64,000 bases of DNA from positions 320,001-384,000 of the forward strand of contig OZ250173.1 of NCBI GenBank assembly GCA_965238075.1. The letters run 5' to 3'. Positions 1-10,602 of this stretch are shown piece after piece. The stretch comes from Candidatus Entotheonellaceae bacterium (GTDB lineage: Bacteria > Tectomicrobia > Entotheonellia > Entotheonellales > Entotheonellaceae). Every line of letters starts with the position of its first letter. Position 1 is the stretch's first letter. The position numbers and the translations under genes are program-made. The notes under the pieces are model-generated. The model saw only the letters and a list, made by a program, of their open reading frames with translations, ran no database searches and was not told the DNA's origin.

Positions 1-729
1 GACCGGCATCGCTCCGCCAAGCCCTGCGTTGACATATATCCCATCGTAACCAGCACGACCTGAGCCGCCGTACGCATCGTCAGCATTAAGGTCTCCGAAA
101 CCTCGGATCATGCTCAAGAGATTGTCCTTATCCTCCATCTCCAACTCGTCGTTCAAGGCTCCCCCATTCACCGCCTTGGATAGCAGTTCGGCAATATACC
201 CGCGCTGGGCGGCATGAAGTTCCCGGCCTGTCACGGGCATGCCCTTAAAACTGCCCGGGCTCTGGAAAAACGCCCCGCGGTTGTCGTTAACAAAGACTTC
301 AAGATCGACGCCGAACTCTTTGCAGTACCCTAGAATGGTCTCGTGATGATAGGGAATGCGGGCCGGTCCCATGTTCGCGTAGAGGTAATCTTCGTCGTCG
401 AATTCAACTTGCTGCGTGCTGTTGAATTCTTCCATCACGTCACCCCTTCGAACCGTCAGGTTGCGCCCGCCAGCACGCTGGGTGGCCTCCAGAATCGTGC
501 ACTGATAGCCCAATTTGTCCAGTTCATAGGCAGCTACCAGACCGGCGATGCCAGCCCCCAGGATGACGACGTGCTTTCCGTCGCCCAGGCTCTGGGACAC
601 CGCAGAGTCAGACGAGCAGCCCGTCAGGCTCGACACCCCCAACATCCCCAGCGCCGCCATGCTCCGATATACACCTGCCGCGCCGGCTACTGAGCCAACA
701 TATTGAAGAAGCTGTCGTTTCGTTAGCAT
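1..729 (-). CDS. Flavin monoamine oxidase / L-amino-acid oxidase family protein (runs off the left edge)
   Basis: Not in ORF track. Manual translation from ATG 729: MLTKRQLLQYVG...VVILGAGIAGLVAAYELDKLGYQCTILEATQRAGGRNLTVRRGD...NMGPARIPYHH, giving the GxGxxG and RxGGR FAD motifs; RBS AAGGA upstream. Confidence 0.85.
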   Translation of the reverse strand, partial: MLTKRQLLQYVGSVAGAAGVYRSMAALGMLGVSSLTGCSSDSAVSQSLGDGKHVVILGAGIAGLVAAYELDKLGYQCTILEATQRAGGRNLTVRRGDVMEEFNSTQQVEFDDEDYLYANMGPARIPYHHETILGYCKEFGVDLEVFVNDNRGAFFQSPGSFKGMPVTGRELHAAQRGYIAELLSKAVNGGALNDELEMEDKDNLLSMIRGFGDLNADDAYGGSGRAGYDGIYVNAGLGGAMPV

Positions 730-893
730 CGCGTTTTCCTTTCGTTGCTTCGAATCACAGGTTCTGTACCAAATTCCGCAATGGCAACCAATAAATCGCA
801 CCCTATCACAGCTGGCTTTTGGGTAAAAATACACAGTCGGGACAGCCATTAAAACTCAGGTCCGACCGCCGGCAGCTCTTGGAATCTGGACAT

Positions 894-908
894 TGGCACG
901 CATATTGC
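894..908 (+). promoter_or_regulatory. sigma54 (-24/-12) promoter upstream of clpB
   Basis: TGGCACG-CATA-TTGC matches the TGGCACG-N4-TTGC consensus, 56 bp before the clpB ATG. Confidence 0.7.
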
Positions 909-964
909 GTCCTGAATCCGACAAATGAACCGAGGTCAACTTGTGACCCAGAAGGAGGCACGAC

Positions 965-3589
965 ATGAATTTCGACAAACTGACACAGAAATCACAGGCG
1001 GCTATGCAGGCGGCGCAAGGCAAGGCGTTACGGCATGGGCATGTGGAAGTGGACGGCGAGCATTTGTTGCTGGCCCTGGTTGAACAAAGCGACGGGCTGG
1101 TGCCGCGGCTGCTGGAGAGAATGGGCGTGCCGACAGCCCCGCTGGCTCAGGCGGTGGAGCAGCAACTGAACCGTCGGCCGCGCATCTCCGGGCCGGGTGC
1201 CGAGGCCGGTAAGATTTACGTCACCCAGAACCTGCAGAAGCTGCTGCTCAAGGCCGAGGACGAGGCCAAACGGCTCAAGGACGAATACATCTCGGTCGAG
1301 CATCTGATGCTGGCTCTGGCCGACGACGGCAACCAGAGCGCGGCTAGTGGCATCCTGCGCCAATTCAATGTCACGCGGGACGCGCTTCTGGAGGCGCTAA
1401 CGGCCGTGCGCGGACATCAGCGGGTCACCAGCGACACGCCGGAAACCGCCTACGAGGCGCTCGACAAGTACGGCCTCGACCTGGTGACGCAGGCCCGACA
1501 GGGTAAGCTCGACCCGGTCATCGGGCGCGACGACGAAATCCGCCGCACCATTCGGATTCTTTCCCGCAAAACCAAGAACAACCCGGTACTCATTGGCGAG
1601 CCCGGCGTCGGCAAAACCGCCATCGTCGAGGGGCTGGCGCAGCGCATCTTCAAGGGCGACGTGCCGGAGTGGCTGCGCGACCGCCGGGTCTTCGCTTTGG
1701 ACATGGGTGCCCTGCTGGCCGGCGCCAAGTTCCGCGGCGAGTTCGAGGAGCGTCTCAAGGCCGTGCTCAACGAGATCAAGGAAAGCGACGGCCACATCAT
1801 TCTGTTCATCGACGAGTTGCACAACATCGTGGGAGCCGGGCGCACCGAGGGTTCGCCGGACGCCGGCAACATGCTAAAACCCATGCTGGCGCGCGGCGAG
1901 TTACATTGCATCGGCGCCACGACACTCAACGAGCATCGTCAATACATCGAGAAAGATGCGGCCCTGGAGCGGCGCTTCCAGCCGGTGATGGTGGACGCGC
2001 CGTCGGTCGAGGACACCATCTCAATTTTGCGCGGCCTGCGTGAGCGCTACGAGGTGCACCACGGCGTGCGCATTCAGGACAACGCCCTGGTGGGCGCCGC
2101 GGTGTTGTCCAACCGCTACATCGCCGATCGTTTCCTGCCCGACAAGGCCATCGACCTGGTAGACGAAGCCTGCGCCATGGTGCGCACGGAGATCGACTCG
2201 ATGCCGACCGAGCTGGATGAGATTACCCGCCGCGTCATGCAGCTGGAAATCGAGGCGGCGGCACTCAACAAAGAGACCGACAAGACCAGCCAGGACCGCC
2301 TCGACGCATTGCGCCAGGAACTGGCCGACCTCAAGGAGCAGGGCAGCACCCTACGGGCGCAGTGGGAAACGGAGAAAGGCGCCATCGGCGAGGTGCGCGC
2401 TTTGCGGGAGGAAATCGAGCAGGTGCGGCGAGACGTCGAGCAGGCGGAACGCGCCTATGACCTCAACCGCGCCGCCGAGCTACGTCATGGGCGGTTGCCG
2501 GGGCTGCAGAAACGTTTGGAAACGGCCGAGGCGAGCATGGCCGGACGCAACGGTGGCCGGCTCCTGCGCGAGGAGGTGACCGAGGACGAAATCGCCGCCA
2601 TCGTGTCGCGCTGGACGGGTGTCCCCGTTACGCGGCTCGTAGAAGGCGAGCGCGACAAGCTGTTGCGCCTGGACGACATCCTGCACCAGCGCGTCGTGGG
2701 GCAGGACGAGGCCGTGCAACTGGTGGCCGACGCCATCATCCGGGCGCGCGCCGGCATCAAGGACCCGCGGCGCCCAATTGGCTCGTTCATCTTCCTCGGC
2801 CCCACTGGCGTGGGCAAGACGGAACTCGCCAAGACCCTGGCGGCGGCGCTGTTCGACAGCGAAGACAACATCGTGCGCATCGACATGAGCGAGTACATGG
2901 AGCGGCACACCGTGTCCCGCCTCATCGGCGCCCCGCCGGGGTACGTCGGCTACGAGGAGGGCGGCCAGCTCACCGAGGCGGTGCGGCGCAAGCCCTACAC
3001 GGTCATCCTATTCGACGAGATCGAGAAGGCGCACCACGACGTGTTCAACGTCCTGCTGCAGATACTCGACGACGGCCGCCTCACCGACGCCCACGGCCGC
3101 ACCGTGGACTTCAGGAACACCGTCATCATCATGACGTCGAACATCGGCTCGCAGCACCTGCTGGAGGGCATTTCGGCCGCCGGCGACATCAACGAAGCGG
3201 CACGCGCGGCTGTCATGCAGGAGTTGCGGCAGCATTTCCGCCCGGAATTTCTCAACCGGGTGGACGATACCGTGCTGTTCAAGACTCTGACCCTGGACGA
3301 GATCGAGCGCATCGTCGACCTGCTGGCCGACGACTTGCGCCGGCGGTTGGCCGATCGCGACGTCAAGCTCGACCTCAGCGGCGCAGCGAGGGCGCTGATC
3401 GCTCGCCAGGGATTCGATCCGGTATACGGCGCGCGCCCGCTGCGGCGGTTCCTGCAACACGAATTGGAAACCAGAATCGGACGGGCGCTGATCGGCGGCG
3501 AGGTGCGCAACGGCGCTGCCGTGCGGGTGGACGTTCAGGATGGCGCACTCAACGTGGACATCGAAAATCCACCGGACGCCGAAAGTTAA
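965..3589 (+). CDS. clpB: ATP-dependent chaperone ClpB
   Basis: 874 aa; two AAA+ modules ([16 protein letters not shown]), long coiled-coil middle domain, [12 protein letters not shown]. Confidence 0.97.
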   Translation: MNFDKLTQKSQAAMQAAQGKALRHGHVEVDGEHLLLALVEQSDGLVPRLLERMGVPTAPLAQAVEQQLNRRPRISGPGAEAGKIYVTQNLQKLLLKAEDEAKRLKDEYISVEHLMLALADDGNQSAASGILRQFNVTRDALLEALTAVRGHQRVTSDTPETAYEALDKYGLDLVTQARQGKLDPVIGRDDEIRRTIRILSRKTKNNPVLIGEPGVGKTAIVEGLAQRIFKGDVPEWLRDRRVFALDMGALLAGAKFRGEFEERLKAVLNEIKESDGHIILFIDELHNIVGAGRTEGSPDAGNMLKPMLARGELHCIGATTLNEHRQYIEKDAALERRFQPVMVDAPSVEDTISILRGLRERYEVHHGVRIQDNALVGAAVLSNRYIADRFLPDKAIDLVDEACAMVRTEIDSMPTELDEITRRVMQLEIEAAALNKETDKTSQDRLDALRQELADLKEQGSTLRAQWETEKGAIGEVRALREEIEQVRRDVEQAERAYDLNRAAELRHGRLPGLQKRLETAEASMAGRNGGRLLREEVTEDEIAAIVSRWTGVPVTRLVEGERDKLLRLDDILHQRVVGQDEAVQLVADAIIRARAGIKDPRRPIGSFIFLGPTGVGKTELAKTLAAALFDSEDNIVRIDMSEYMERHTVSRLIGAPPGYVGYEEGGQLTEAVRRKPYTVILFDEIEKAHHDVFNVLLQILDDGRLTDAHGRTVDFRNTVIIMTSNIGSQHLLEGISAAGDINEAARAAVMQELRQHFRPEFLNRVDDTVLFKTLTLDEIERIVDLLADDLRRRLADRDVKLDLSGAARALIARQGFDPVYGARPLRRFLQHELETRIGRALIGGEVRNGAAVRVDVQDGALNVDIENPPDAES

Positions 3590-3598
3590 CGGCTTTAC

Positions 3599-3637
3599 GG
3601 ATGCGACGTTGCCTCAGTCGCAGGCAACGTCGCATCC
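3599..3637. terminator. 16-bp perfect stem-loop after clpB
   Basis: GGATGCGACGTTGCCT-7nt-AGGCAACGTCGCATCC between convergent genes; no clear U-tract. Confidence 0.55.
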
Positions 3638-3643
3638 CACCGT

Positions 3644-4132
3644 TTAGTTGGACAAGAGAACAAGAAAAATCATCGAACCCAGCACGCCGCCGCCAGCACC
3701 TGCGGAAAGGTGTGTCGCTTCAGATAAAGCCTCGACCGGCCAACCAGCAGCACCGCCACCGGCGCCAGCGTCAAGCCGCCGTACGTCGTGGACAACAAAA
3801 TGGCCATGGCATCGAACACGCCATGCAGCGCCGTGATGACGAAAAACCAGGAAAGCAGACCCCACCAGCTAGTGGTGCCGGCGCGGGCGCGGGGGTAGGC
3901 GAAGCGCATCACGGCCAAGGCCAGAACGAGGGCGAAAGCGGCGGAATGGCTCAGGCCGCGGTGCCTTAGCGGGTGGTTTCTTCGATGGGAACCAGGTAAG
4001 AAAGGGTATCGATGTCGGGAATCCACTGGCAAAACACCGACAACAGAATGAACTCCGGGTTTCCTGGCGCAGCTCCGAGAGGGCGTAGGCCGCACCACGG
4101 CCGAACAGGGGGGGCGTGACAAAGGTCGCCAT
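3644..4132 (-). pseudogene. Frameshifted YdjM-like metal-dependent membrane hydrolase, joined to a PAP2-like C-terminal fragment
   Basis: Motifs spread over three frames: MATFVT..., WIPDIDT, HRGLSHS, LHGVFDAM; then SRLYLKRHTFPQVLA. Confidence 0.55.
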
Positions 4133-4396
4133 CGTGCCTCCGTGAGATGCCACAAGGAATGACCGATTACTTGTTCGTCCTGTGAATCCGCACGGAATAG
4201 GTATTGCCCTCGTCTTACCAGACGGTGAAAAGGGCGTGTGTAATCGGTGAAGATTGGGCGGGATGTCGTTCGATACGCCCCAAAATAGGGCGAAATGCGT
4301 GATTGGTGTGGACTGAGGAGGGGAAACCGTGCGTTAATAATAAACGTCCGCCAGCGATGGCGCCCATTCACTCTACGCACAAGGGAGGTATCCAGC

Positions 4397-4810
4397 ATGT
4401 CCGCAACGACCGAGAAACAGATGCGGCCTGTCCATGTCACGAACAAGACGGCGCCGAGCGTGCCGGGGCGGCGGTCGTTCTTCACGTACCGCGACCTCGG
4501 GGTCACCGACGCCACCCAAGGCGCTATGCGCGCGCAGATTACGGAAGCCATCACCGGCATGACGGAGCCGACCGGCTGGCATTACCACGTCTGCGAGTCG
4601 CAGTTCGTGTACGCCTTGAAGGGCTGGGTGGACTTGGAGTTCGAGACGGGCGAGCAGATTCGGCTGCAGGCGGGTGAGTCGTTGTTCATCCCCGGCGGCC
4701 TGCGCCACAACGAGATCAGCACCTCCGACAATCTGGAAATTCTGGAAATTTCGGTGCCGGCACAGATGGAAACCGTGCCGTGTGAGCGGCCGGCCGAACT
4801 GCCCGCCTAG
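4397..4810 (+). CDS. Cupin domain protein
   Basis: GWHYH...QFVYALKG and LFIPGGLRHNE cupin motifs; RBS GGAGG before ATG 4397. Confidence 0.85.
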   Translation: MSATTEKQMRPVHVTNKTAPSVPGRRSFFTYRDLGVTDATQGAMRAQITEAITGMTEPTGWHYHVCESQFVYALKGWVDLEFETGEQIRLQAGESLFIPGGLRHNEISTSDNLEILEISVPAQMETVPCERPAELPA

Positions 4811-4975
4811 GCTTTCCCTGACCCCATCGCTGCCGGATGCCGGCCCGAGCGGCGATGGGCGATCTTCGCATCCATGATCTTCCTCAAGCCGCCGTTCAGC
4901 CGCCTCTCGCGGCGGACGTCATACTCCCCAACCTCTCAAGTCTTGCCCCGCTCTCCTGCCGCAGATACCAATCAA

Positions 4976-5053
4976 GTAGGTCAGATTAGCGAAGCGTAAT
5001 CCGGCATTCCATTGCGCCGCTGTCGGGTTACGCCTACGGCTAACCGGCCCTGC
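4976..5053. repeat. Inverted pair of GTAG-type REP sequences
   Basis: GTAGGTCAGATTAGCGAAGCGTAATCCGGCA plus an inverted copy at 5021-5053; same family at 9120 and 32836. Confidence 0.75.
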
Positions 5054-5578
5054 CTAAAGCCGTCTGTCCAGCCATTCGTCCCGGCGGATGCCGTAAACCA
5101 AGGCTTCTTCCCCATAGAAATCCATGCGGTCCTGCAACCGCTGGCCGAGCTTCTCCGCCACCCGTATCGACGCCGTGTTCTGCGGGCGAATCAGACTGAT
5201 GACACGGTCCCGCCCCATCTCCTGAAATACATAAGCCAAAGCGGCACGGGCGCCCTCGGTGGCAAATCCCTGTCCCCAGGACTGCCGGCGAATCGTCCAT
5301 ATCAATTCCAAGTCGGGCCACCCTGCCGGACAAAATGGGCCGATGCGCCCCACAAGCTCACCGCTGGCGCGCTCCTCAACCGCCCAAGGGCCAAAGCCGA
5401 GCAGTTGCCAATGGCCCACCACCGCGGCCATGTTGCGCCAAGCCTCGGGAGGGGGCAGTGGCCGGCCTTGGGGCAGGTATCGCATGACCTCCGGGTCGGC
5501 CAGCATTTCCGCATAGGCGTCGAAGTCTGCTTGGCAAAACATCCGCAGGCGTAGCCGGGGCGTTTCCAGGATGGCCAC
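5054..5578 (-). CDS. GNAT N-acetyltransferase (RimJ/RimL family)
   Basis: LETPRLRLR start, WGQGFATEGA, NTASIRVAEKLG. Confidence 0.9.
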   Translation of the reverse strand: MAILETPRLRLRMFCQADFDAYAEMLADPEVMRYLPQGRPLPPPEAWRNMAAVVGHWQLLGFGPWAVEERASGELVGRIGPFCPAGWPDLELIWTIRRQSWGQGFATEGARAALAYVFQEMGRDRVISLIRPQNTASIRVAEKLGQRLQDRMDFYGEEALVYGIRRDEWLDRRL

Positions 5579-5925
5579 TATTTCGCCGCCGTGATCATAA
5601 TCTCCACCATGTACTGCGGCGACGCCAACTTACTCTCCACGCAGGCGCGGGCCGGTGGGTTGGCGGGATCGATCCAGGCGTCCCAGACTTCGTTGACGGC
5701 GCTAAAATAGGCCATGTTGGCGAGCCAAATCTGGGCCGACAGTATCTTGGACTTGTCGCTGCCGCAGCGTGCCAGATAGTTGTCCACCTTGGCCAGAATC
5801 TGCTCCGCCTGCGCCTTAGGATCGGCCACCGGTTCGCTGGCCACGAGGCCGGCGAGGTGCACGGTGGAATCGGTCTCGACCGCCTGACTCATGCGCGGGC
5901 CGGTGTCATGTCGCTTGATCGCCAT
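5578..5925 (-). CDS. RidA/YjgF family protein
   Basis: RMSQAV, VNEVWDAW, PPARACVE, VEIMITAA. Confidence 0.9.
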   Translation of the reverse strand: MAIKRHDTGPRMSQAVETDSTVHLAGLVASEPVADPKAQAEQILAKVDNYLARCGSDKSKILSAQIWLANMAYFSAVNEVWDAWIDPANPPARACVESKLASPQYMVEIMITAAK

Positions 5926-6103
5926 CGTCGTCTCCTCTTGTGTTGCATCGGTTTGCAGGCAGCAAGGGCTGCCCGGCGCGGCATCGTAGCGGCTTCACCC
6001 CAGCAGCGCAACAGGCCGAGATACCCCTTGCCAACGCCAGGCCGGACGGGTAGCCTATGCCGCTGCCGCCGTCACAGGTCTACGCAACAATAGGAGGCTC
6101 GGC

Positions 6104-6844
6104 ATGGACGACACAGCGTCACCCCAAGGCACCTCGTTTTCATACAAACGATTGATTCCCGTGGGCGTGCTGGTCCTCGGACTCGTGGCATTTTTCGTCT
6201 TTGATCTCGGTCGCTTCCTCAGCTTCGAGGCCCTGCGGGAAAACCGTGCCGCCCTGCTCAATTGGGTGGACACGTATGGCATCGTCGCCGCCCTCATCTA
6301 CATGCTCATTTATGCCGTCGCCATCGCCTTTTCGGTGCCCGGCGGCGCCATTCTGACCATCACCGGCGGCTTTCTGTTCGGCTCGGTCTGGGGTACGGCG
6401 TGCGTCATCTTTGCCGCCACCGCGGGCGCCACGGCGCTCTTTCTGATCGCCAAAACCTCGTTTGGCGACACGCTGCGGGCCAAGGCCGGTCCGGCGCTGC
6501 AAAGGATGCAGGACGGCTTCCAGGAGGGCGCCCTGAGCTATCTGCTGGTGCTGCGCCTGGTGCCGCTCTTTCCGTTTTTCCTGGTCAATCTGGTGCCGGC
6601 ATTTTTGGGCGTTTCCCTGCGCGTATACGTGGTGGGCACGTTCATCGGCATCATCCCCGGCACCTTCGTGTTCGCCACCGTGGGGGCCGGTCTGGGCAGC
6701 GTGTTTGACCAGGGCGGCGAATTCAGCGCCGCCGGCATCCTCACCCCGCAGATCATCACGGCGCTCGTCGGCCTGGCCGTTCTGGCGCTGATCCCCGTCG
6801 TATACAAGAAAATCAAGGCCCGCTCCGGCAAGGCGGCCGCATAG
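6104..6844 (+). CDS. TVP38/TMEM64 (VTT/DedA-like) membrane protein
   Basis: LRLVPLFPFFLVN motif, multiple TM segments. Confidence 0.9.
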   Translation: MDDTASPQGTSFSYKRLIPVGVLVLGLVAFFVFDLGRFLSFEALRENRAALLNWVDTYGIVAALIYMLIYAVAIAFSVPGGAILTITGGFLFGSVWGTACVIFAATAGATALFLIAKTSFGDTLRAKAGPALQRMQDGFQEGALSYLLVLRLVPLFPFFLVNLVPAFLGVSLRVYVVGTFIGIIPGTFVFATVGAGLGSVFDQGGEFSAAGILTPQIITALVGLAVLALIPVVYKKIKARSGKAAA

Positions 6845-6875
6845 CCCGGCACCGGAACAACAGGAGGACGCGAAC

Positions 6876-8429
6876 ATGGCTCCCGAATCCGCTCAACCCA
6901 CCGGCGCTGCTGCTGTCGAGGTGTGGCCTGCCGACGAGCATAACCTACAATTGCTGGCCAACACGCATCCTGCGGATTATGAGAACCCCACTCCGAACAA
7001 CCCGTACAACCTGGTGGTGTTGGGCGCGGGAACCGCAGGTCTGGTGTCGGCCATCGGCTCCGCCGGGCTGGGCGCGCGGGCGGCGCTCATCGAGAAGCAC
7101 CTGATGGGTGGGGACTGCCTGAATTATGGCTGCGTGCCCAGCAAGGGCATCATTCGCGCCGCCTCGGCGTGGGCCGACGTGCGCGACGCGCCGAACTACG
7201 GCGTGCAGCCGAACGGCGAGGCAACGGTGGATTTCGGGGCCGCCATGGCACGCATGCGGCGGCTGCGGGCGCAGATCAGCCGCAACGACTCGGTGAAGCG
7301 GTACAGCGAGGCGGGGGTGGACGTGTTCCTGGGCGAGGGGCGGTTTACGGGGCCGCGGCAAATCGAGGTTGGCGGGCAGACGCTGCGTTTCGCCAAGGCG
7401 GTAATCGCCACTGGCGGCCGGGCCGTGGCGCCGCCGGTGGAGGGACTAGCCGAAGCGGGATACCTCACCAACGAAACGGTGTTCAGCCTGACCGAACGCC
7501 CGGCGCGACTGGCCGTCATTGGCGGCGGACCGATCGGCTGCGAGCTCGCCCAGACGTTCTGCCGGCTGGGCTCGCAGGTCACTCTCATCCACACCGGCGA
7601 CCACGTGCTCAACCGGGAAGACGCCGACGCCGCCCACCTCGTGCAGGAATCCATGCTGCGGGACGGTGTCGAGCTGGCCTTGTCGGCGTCGCTGTTCGCC
7701 GTCGAGGTCAGAGGCGAGGATAAGGTGCTGCGCTACAAGGATGGCCCCGGCAACACCCGTGAGGTGGCCGTGGACACCATCGTCGTCTCCGCCGGGCGCA
7801 CGGCGAATGTCGACGGCCTCGGACTGGAAGCCGCGGGCGTGGCCTACACGCCGCGGGGCGTGCAGGTGGACGACAACTTGCGTACCAGCAACCCGCACAT
7901 CTTCGCCGCCGGTGACGTGTGCTCGCGCTTCCAGTTCACCCACGCCGCCGATTTCATGGCCCGTATCGTCATCGCTAACGCCTTATTCAAGGGGCGTCAG
8001 AAGGCATCGGCGCTGACGATTCCGTGGTGCACCTACACCGAGCCGCAGATCGCCCACGTCGGCCTGACCGAGGCCACCGCCGCGGCAGCCGGGACCGCCA
8101 TCGACACCTTCACGCAGCCCTTTGACGACGTTGACCGGGCCATCCTCGACGGCGACGACGAGGGATTCGCCAAGGTACACGTCAAAAAAGGCGGCGACAC
8201 GATCCTGGGCGCCACCATCGTAGCGCGCAACGCCGGCGACATGATCGGCATCTACGCCACGGCCATGACCCACGGCCTGGGATTGGGCAAAATTTCCAAG
8301 GTTATTCTCCCCTACCCTACGCAGGCCGAAGCGGTGCGCAAAACCGGCGACTTGTATAACCGCACGCGCCTTACCCCCACGGTTCGAAAAATTATGGGCA
8401 AATGGCTAAGTTGGCAGCGTGGCCGGTAA
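6876..8429 (+). CDS. Pyridine nucleotide-disulfide oxidoreductase (mercuric reductase/LpdA-like)
   Basis: GAGTAG, GGDCLNYGCVPSK redox disulfide, GGGPIG; no C-terminal Cys-Cys pair. Confidence 0.85.
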   Translation: MAPESAQPTGAAAVEVWPADEHNLQLLANTHPADYENPTPNNPYNLVVLGAGTAGLVSAIGSAGLGARAALIEKHLMGGDCLNYGCVPSKGIIRAASAWADVRDAPNYGVQPNGEATVDFGAAMARMRRLRAQISRNDSVKRYSEAGVDVFLGEGRFTGPRQIEVGGQTLRFAKAVIATGGRAVAPPVEGLAEAGYLTNETVFSLTERPARLAVIGGGPIGCELAQTFCRLGSQVTLIHTGDHVLNREDADAAHLVQESMLRDGVELALSASLFAVEVRGEDKVLRYKDGPGNTREVAVDTIVVSAGRTANVDGLGLEAAGVAYTPRGVQVDDNLRTSNPHIFAAGDVCSRFQFTHAADFMARIVIANALFKGRQKASALTIPWCTYTEPQIAHVGLTEATAAAAGTAIDTFTQPFDDVDRAILDGDDEGFAKVHVKKGGDTILGATIVARNAGDMIGIYATAMTHGLGLGKISKVILPYPTQAEAVRKTGDLYNRTRLTPTVRKIMGKWLSWQRGR

Positions 8430-9123
8430 GGGCAAGAGGGTTGCGATGGAGTCGATCGCCGTTGTCATCATGGCCAAGCAGCCTGTGCCGGGCACCGTCA
8501 AAACCCGTCTGCGCCCGCTTCTGTCGGACGATGACATTGCGGTGTTGTACGACAGTTTTCTGCGCGACAGAATCAGTCAGGTCAGGTCACTTTGCGGTGC
8601 CGCCCCCGTGATTGCATATACGCCGGCGGAAAGCCGTCCCTTCTTTGCGGCGCTAGCGCCCGATTTTCTCCTGTTGCCGCAGATTGGCGATGGGTTGTCT
8701 GCCCGGCTGACCTCCGCCTTTCGGCAGCTATTTGATATGGGTCACGAAGGGGCTATCGCCACCGACAGCGATTCGCCTACCCTGCCCACCGAAAGCCTGC
8801 AGCGGGCTCTCGATTCCCTCGCGGCGCACGGCGCCGACGTGGTGCTGGGACCAAGCGCCGATGGCGGCTACTACCTGATCGGCCTGCGGCAGTTGCATCC
8901 CGAGTTGTTTGACGCCATGCCGTGGAGCACTCCGCGGGTGTATGACCAGACCCTGCGTCGCGCCGCGGGGTTGGGCCTGAAAGTCTCGTCGCTGGCGGCT
9001 TGGTACGACGTAGACACGCCAGTGGAATTCGAGCGGTTGCGTGCCGAGGTGGCCCGGTTGGGAACTGCCGCACCCAGGCATACCCGACGGTTTCTCGCGG
9101 AATGGGAGACGGACAAGGTGTAG
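8419..9123 (+). CDS. DUF2064/TIGR04282-type GT-A-fold glycosyltransferase
   Basis: MAKQPVPGTVKTRL, DSPTLP, VLGPSADGGYYLIG, WYDVDT; alternative start ATG 8446. Confidence 0.85.
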   Translation: MAGKGKRVAMESIAVVIMAKQPVPGTVKTRLRPLLSDDDIAVLYDSFLRDRISQVRSLCGAAPVIAYTPAESRPFFAALAPDFLLLPQIGDGLSARLTSAFRQLFDMGHEGAIATDSDSPTLPTESLQRALDSLAAHGADVVLGPSADGGYYLIGLRQLHPELFDAMPWSTPRVYDQTLRRAAGLGLKVSSLAAWYDVDTPVEFERLRAEVARLGTAAPRHTRRFLAEWETDKV

Positions 9124-9151
9124 GTCGGATTAGCCGCAGGCGTAATCCGAC
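9120..9151 (+). repeat. GTAG-type REP sequence
   Basis: GTAGGTCGGATTAGCCGCAGGCGTAATCCGAC, overlapping the upstream stop codon. Confidence 0.75.
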
Positions 9152-9181
9152 GATCCGATAACGTCGAAACAGGAACCATCC

Positions 9182-10120
9182 ATGCGCATTGTGATTATGG
9201 GAACCGGTGGCTTGGGTGGCTACTTCGGCGCCCTGCTGGCGCGAGCTGGCGGAGACGTGACCTTCATCGCCCGAGGCGCGAACTTGCAGGCACTGCGAGA
9301 GCGCGGCCTCACGGTGCAGAGCGTCAATGGTGACTTCACTTTGCCGGTTGTTCAGGCATGCGCCGATCCGGCGGGTATGCCCGAGGCCGATTTCGTACTG
9401 TTCTGCGTGAAAACCTACGGCGTCGCCGACGCAGCGGCCCTCCTGCAACCTGTGGTAGGGCCGACCACCGTCTTGTTGACCTTGCAAAACGGGGTGGATA
9501 CGCCAACCGATTTGCAACACGCCTTCGGCCGCGGCACGGTACTGGCCGGCATCACACGGATCGGCTCAACGCTCGTCGAACCCGGTGTGATTGAGCAACC
9601 GACCCGCGACCGCGCTATCGAGTTCGGCAATCTTGACGCCCACGGCGCCGCGGTCCTCGATTCGGTACGCACCCTGCTGGAAGCCGCCGACATCCCGTCG
9701 GTGGTGTCGCCGGACATCCGCAAGAGTCTGTGGGAGAAACTGGTGCTGATCAGCGCCTTTGCCGGCCTCTCCGCCCTCACGGGTCTTTCCCCCAACCAGC
9801 TTCTGGCTCGGCAGCCGACCCGCACCGTATACACCCACGTCATGGAGGAGGCAGCTGCCGTGGCGCGCGCCGCGGGGGTGGCCTTGGCCGCCGATATCGC
9901 GACGCAAATTCTGGCCTATCTGGATGCGGAGGGCGAACTGGGAAGCGCTTCCATGGCGGTCGATTTTCAGCATCGCCGACGCACCGAAATCGAGGCTATC
10001 AACGGCGCGGTGGTGAGGCATGGCCGGCGTTTGGGCGTTCCGACGCCGGTCAACGAGACGATTTATGCCGCCCTGGTGGTCACGGACGGCTATCATCGCG
10101 AGGAAAGGGAGCAGGCATGA
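9182..10120 (+). CDS. panE: 2-dehydropantoate 2-reductase family
   Basis: GTGGLGG, TLQNG, WEKLV, SMAVD, EIEAING. Confidence 0.85.
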   Translation: MRIVIMGTGGLGGYFGALLARAGGDVTFIARGANLQALRERGLTVQSVNGDFTLPVVQACADPAGMPEADFVLFCVKTYGVADAAALLQPVVGPTTVLLTLQNGVDTPTDLQHAFGRGTVLAGITRIGSTLVEPGVIEQPTRDRAIEFGNLDAHGAAVLDSVRTLLEAADIPSVVSPDIRKSLWEKLVLISAFAGLSALTGLSPNQLLARQPTRTVYTHVMEEAAAVARAAGVALAADIATQILAYLDAEGELGSASMAVDFQHRRRTEIEAINGAVVRHGRRLGVPTPVNETIYAALVVTDGYHREEREQA

Positions 10121-10602
10121 AAATCTGGTGGATTGCCGGCATGTTACTGGTTGCCGTAACGGCGTACGCCGGGCAGTTGCAGGTGCAGATCCCGAACTTG
10201 ACCCCGGATGCGGAGGGCCGCCTCGGAGTGCTCATCGTCAATTTATGCGACAACGCGGATTGCTACAGTCACGACGGCGAGAACGGGCACACGTATCTGA
10301 ACCGGCAACGGGATGATTTACCGGCGCAACAGCCGCTCCAAAATGCCGATCCCGTAACATTTGCCTTCAGCGACCTCCCGACGGGGACTTACTCGGTGGT
10401 GCTGCACCATGACCGCGACAGCGATGGCGATGCCCGTTCCGTCACCTGTGCATTTGGCAAGCCTTACGACGGCGTTGGCTTCAGTAACAACATGGACCCC
10501 AGGCGTCTATGGCGCAAACCGCGCTGGAAAGAAGTGAAGGTCGACGTTGGCGAAGCGGACAACACCCACCTCACCATCGACCTCTTGTACATGTGCGACT
10601 GA
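10117..10602 (+). CDS. Secreted DUF2141-like protein
   Basis: Signal peptide MKIWWIAGMLLVAVTAYA; DLPTGTYSVVLHHDRDSDG...GVGFSNN; ATGA overlap with panE. Confidence 0.7.
   Translation: MKIWWIAGMLLVAVTAYAGQLQVQIPNLTPDAEGRLGVLIVNLCDNADCYSHDGENGHTYLNRQRDDLPAQQPLQNADPVTFAFSDLPTGTYSVVLHHDRDSDGDARSVTCAFGKPYDGVGFSNNMDPRRLWRKPRWKEVKVDVGEADNTHLTIDLLYMCD

Noticed and set aside
6876-8429. Mercuric reductase merA
   Set aside because: No C-terminal Cys-Cys pair, no N-terminal metal-binding domain and no mer operon genes.
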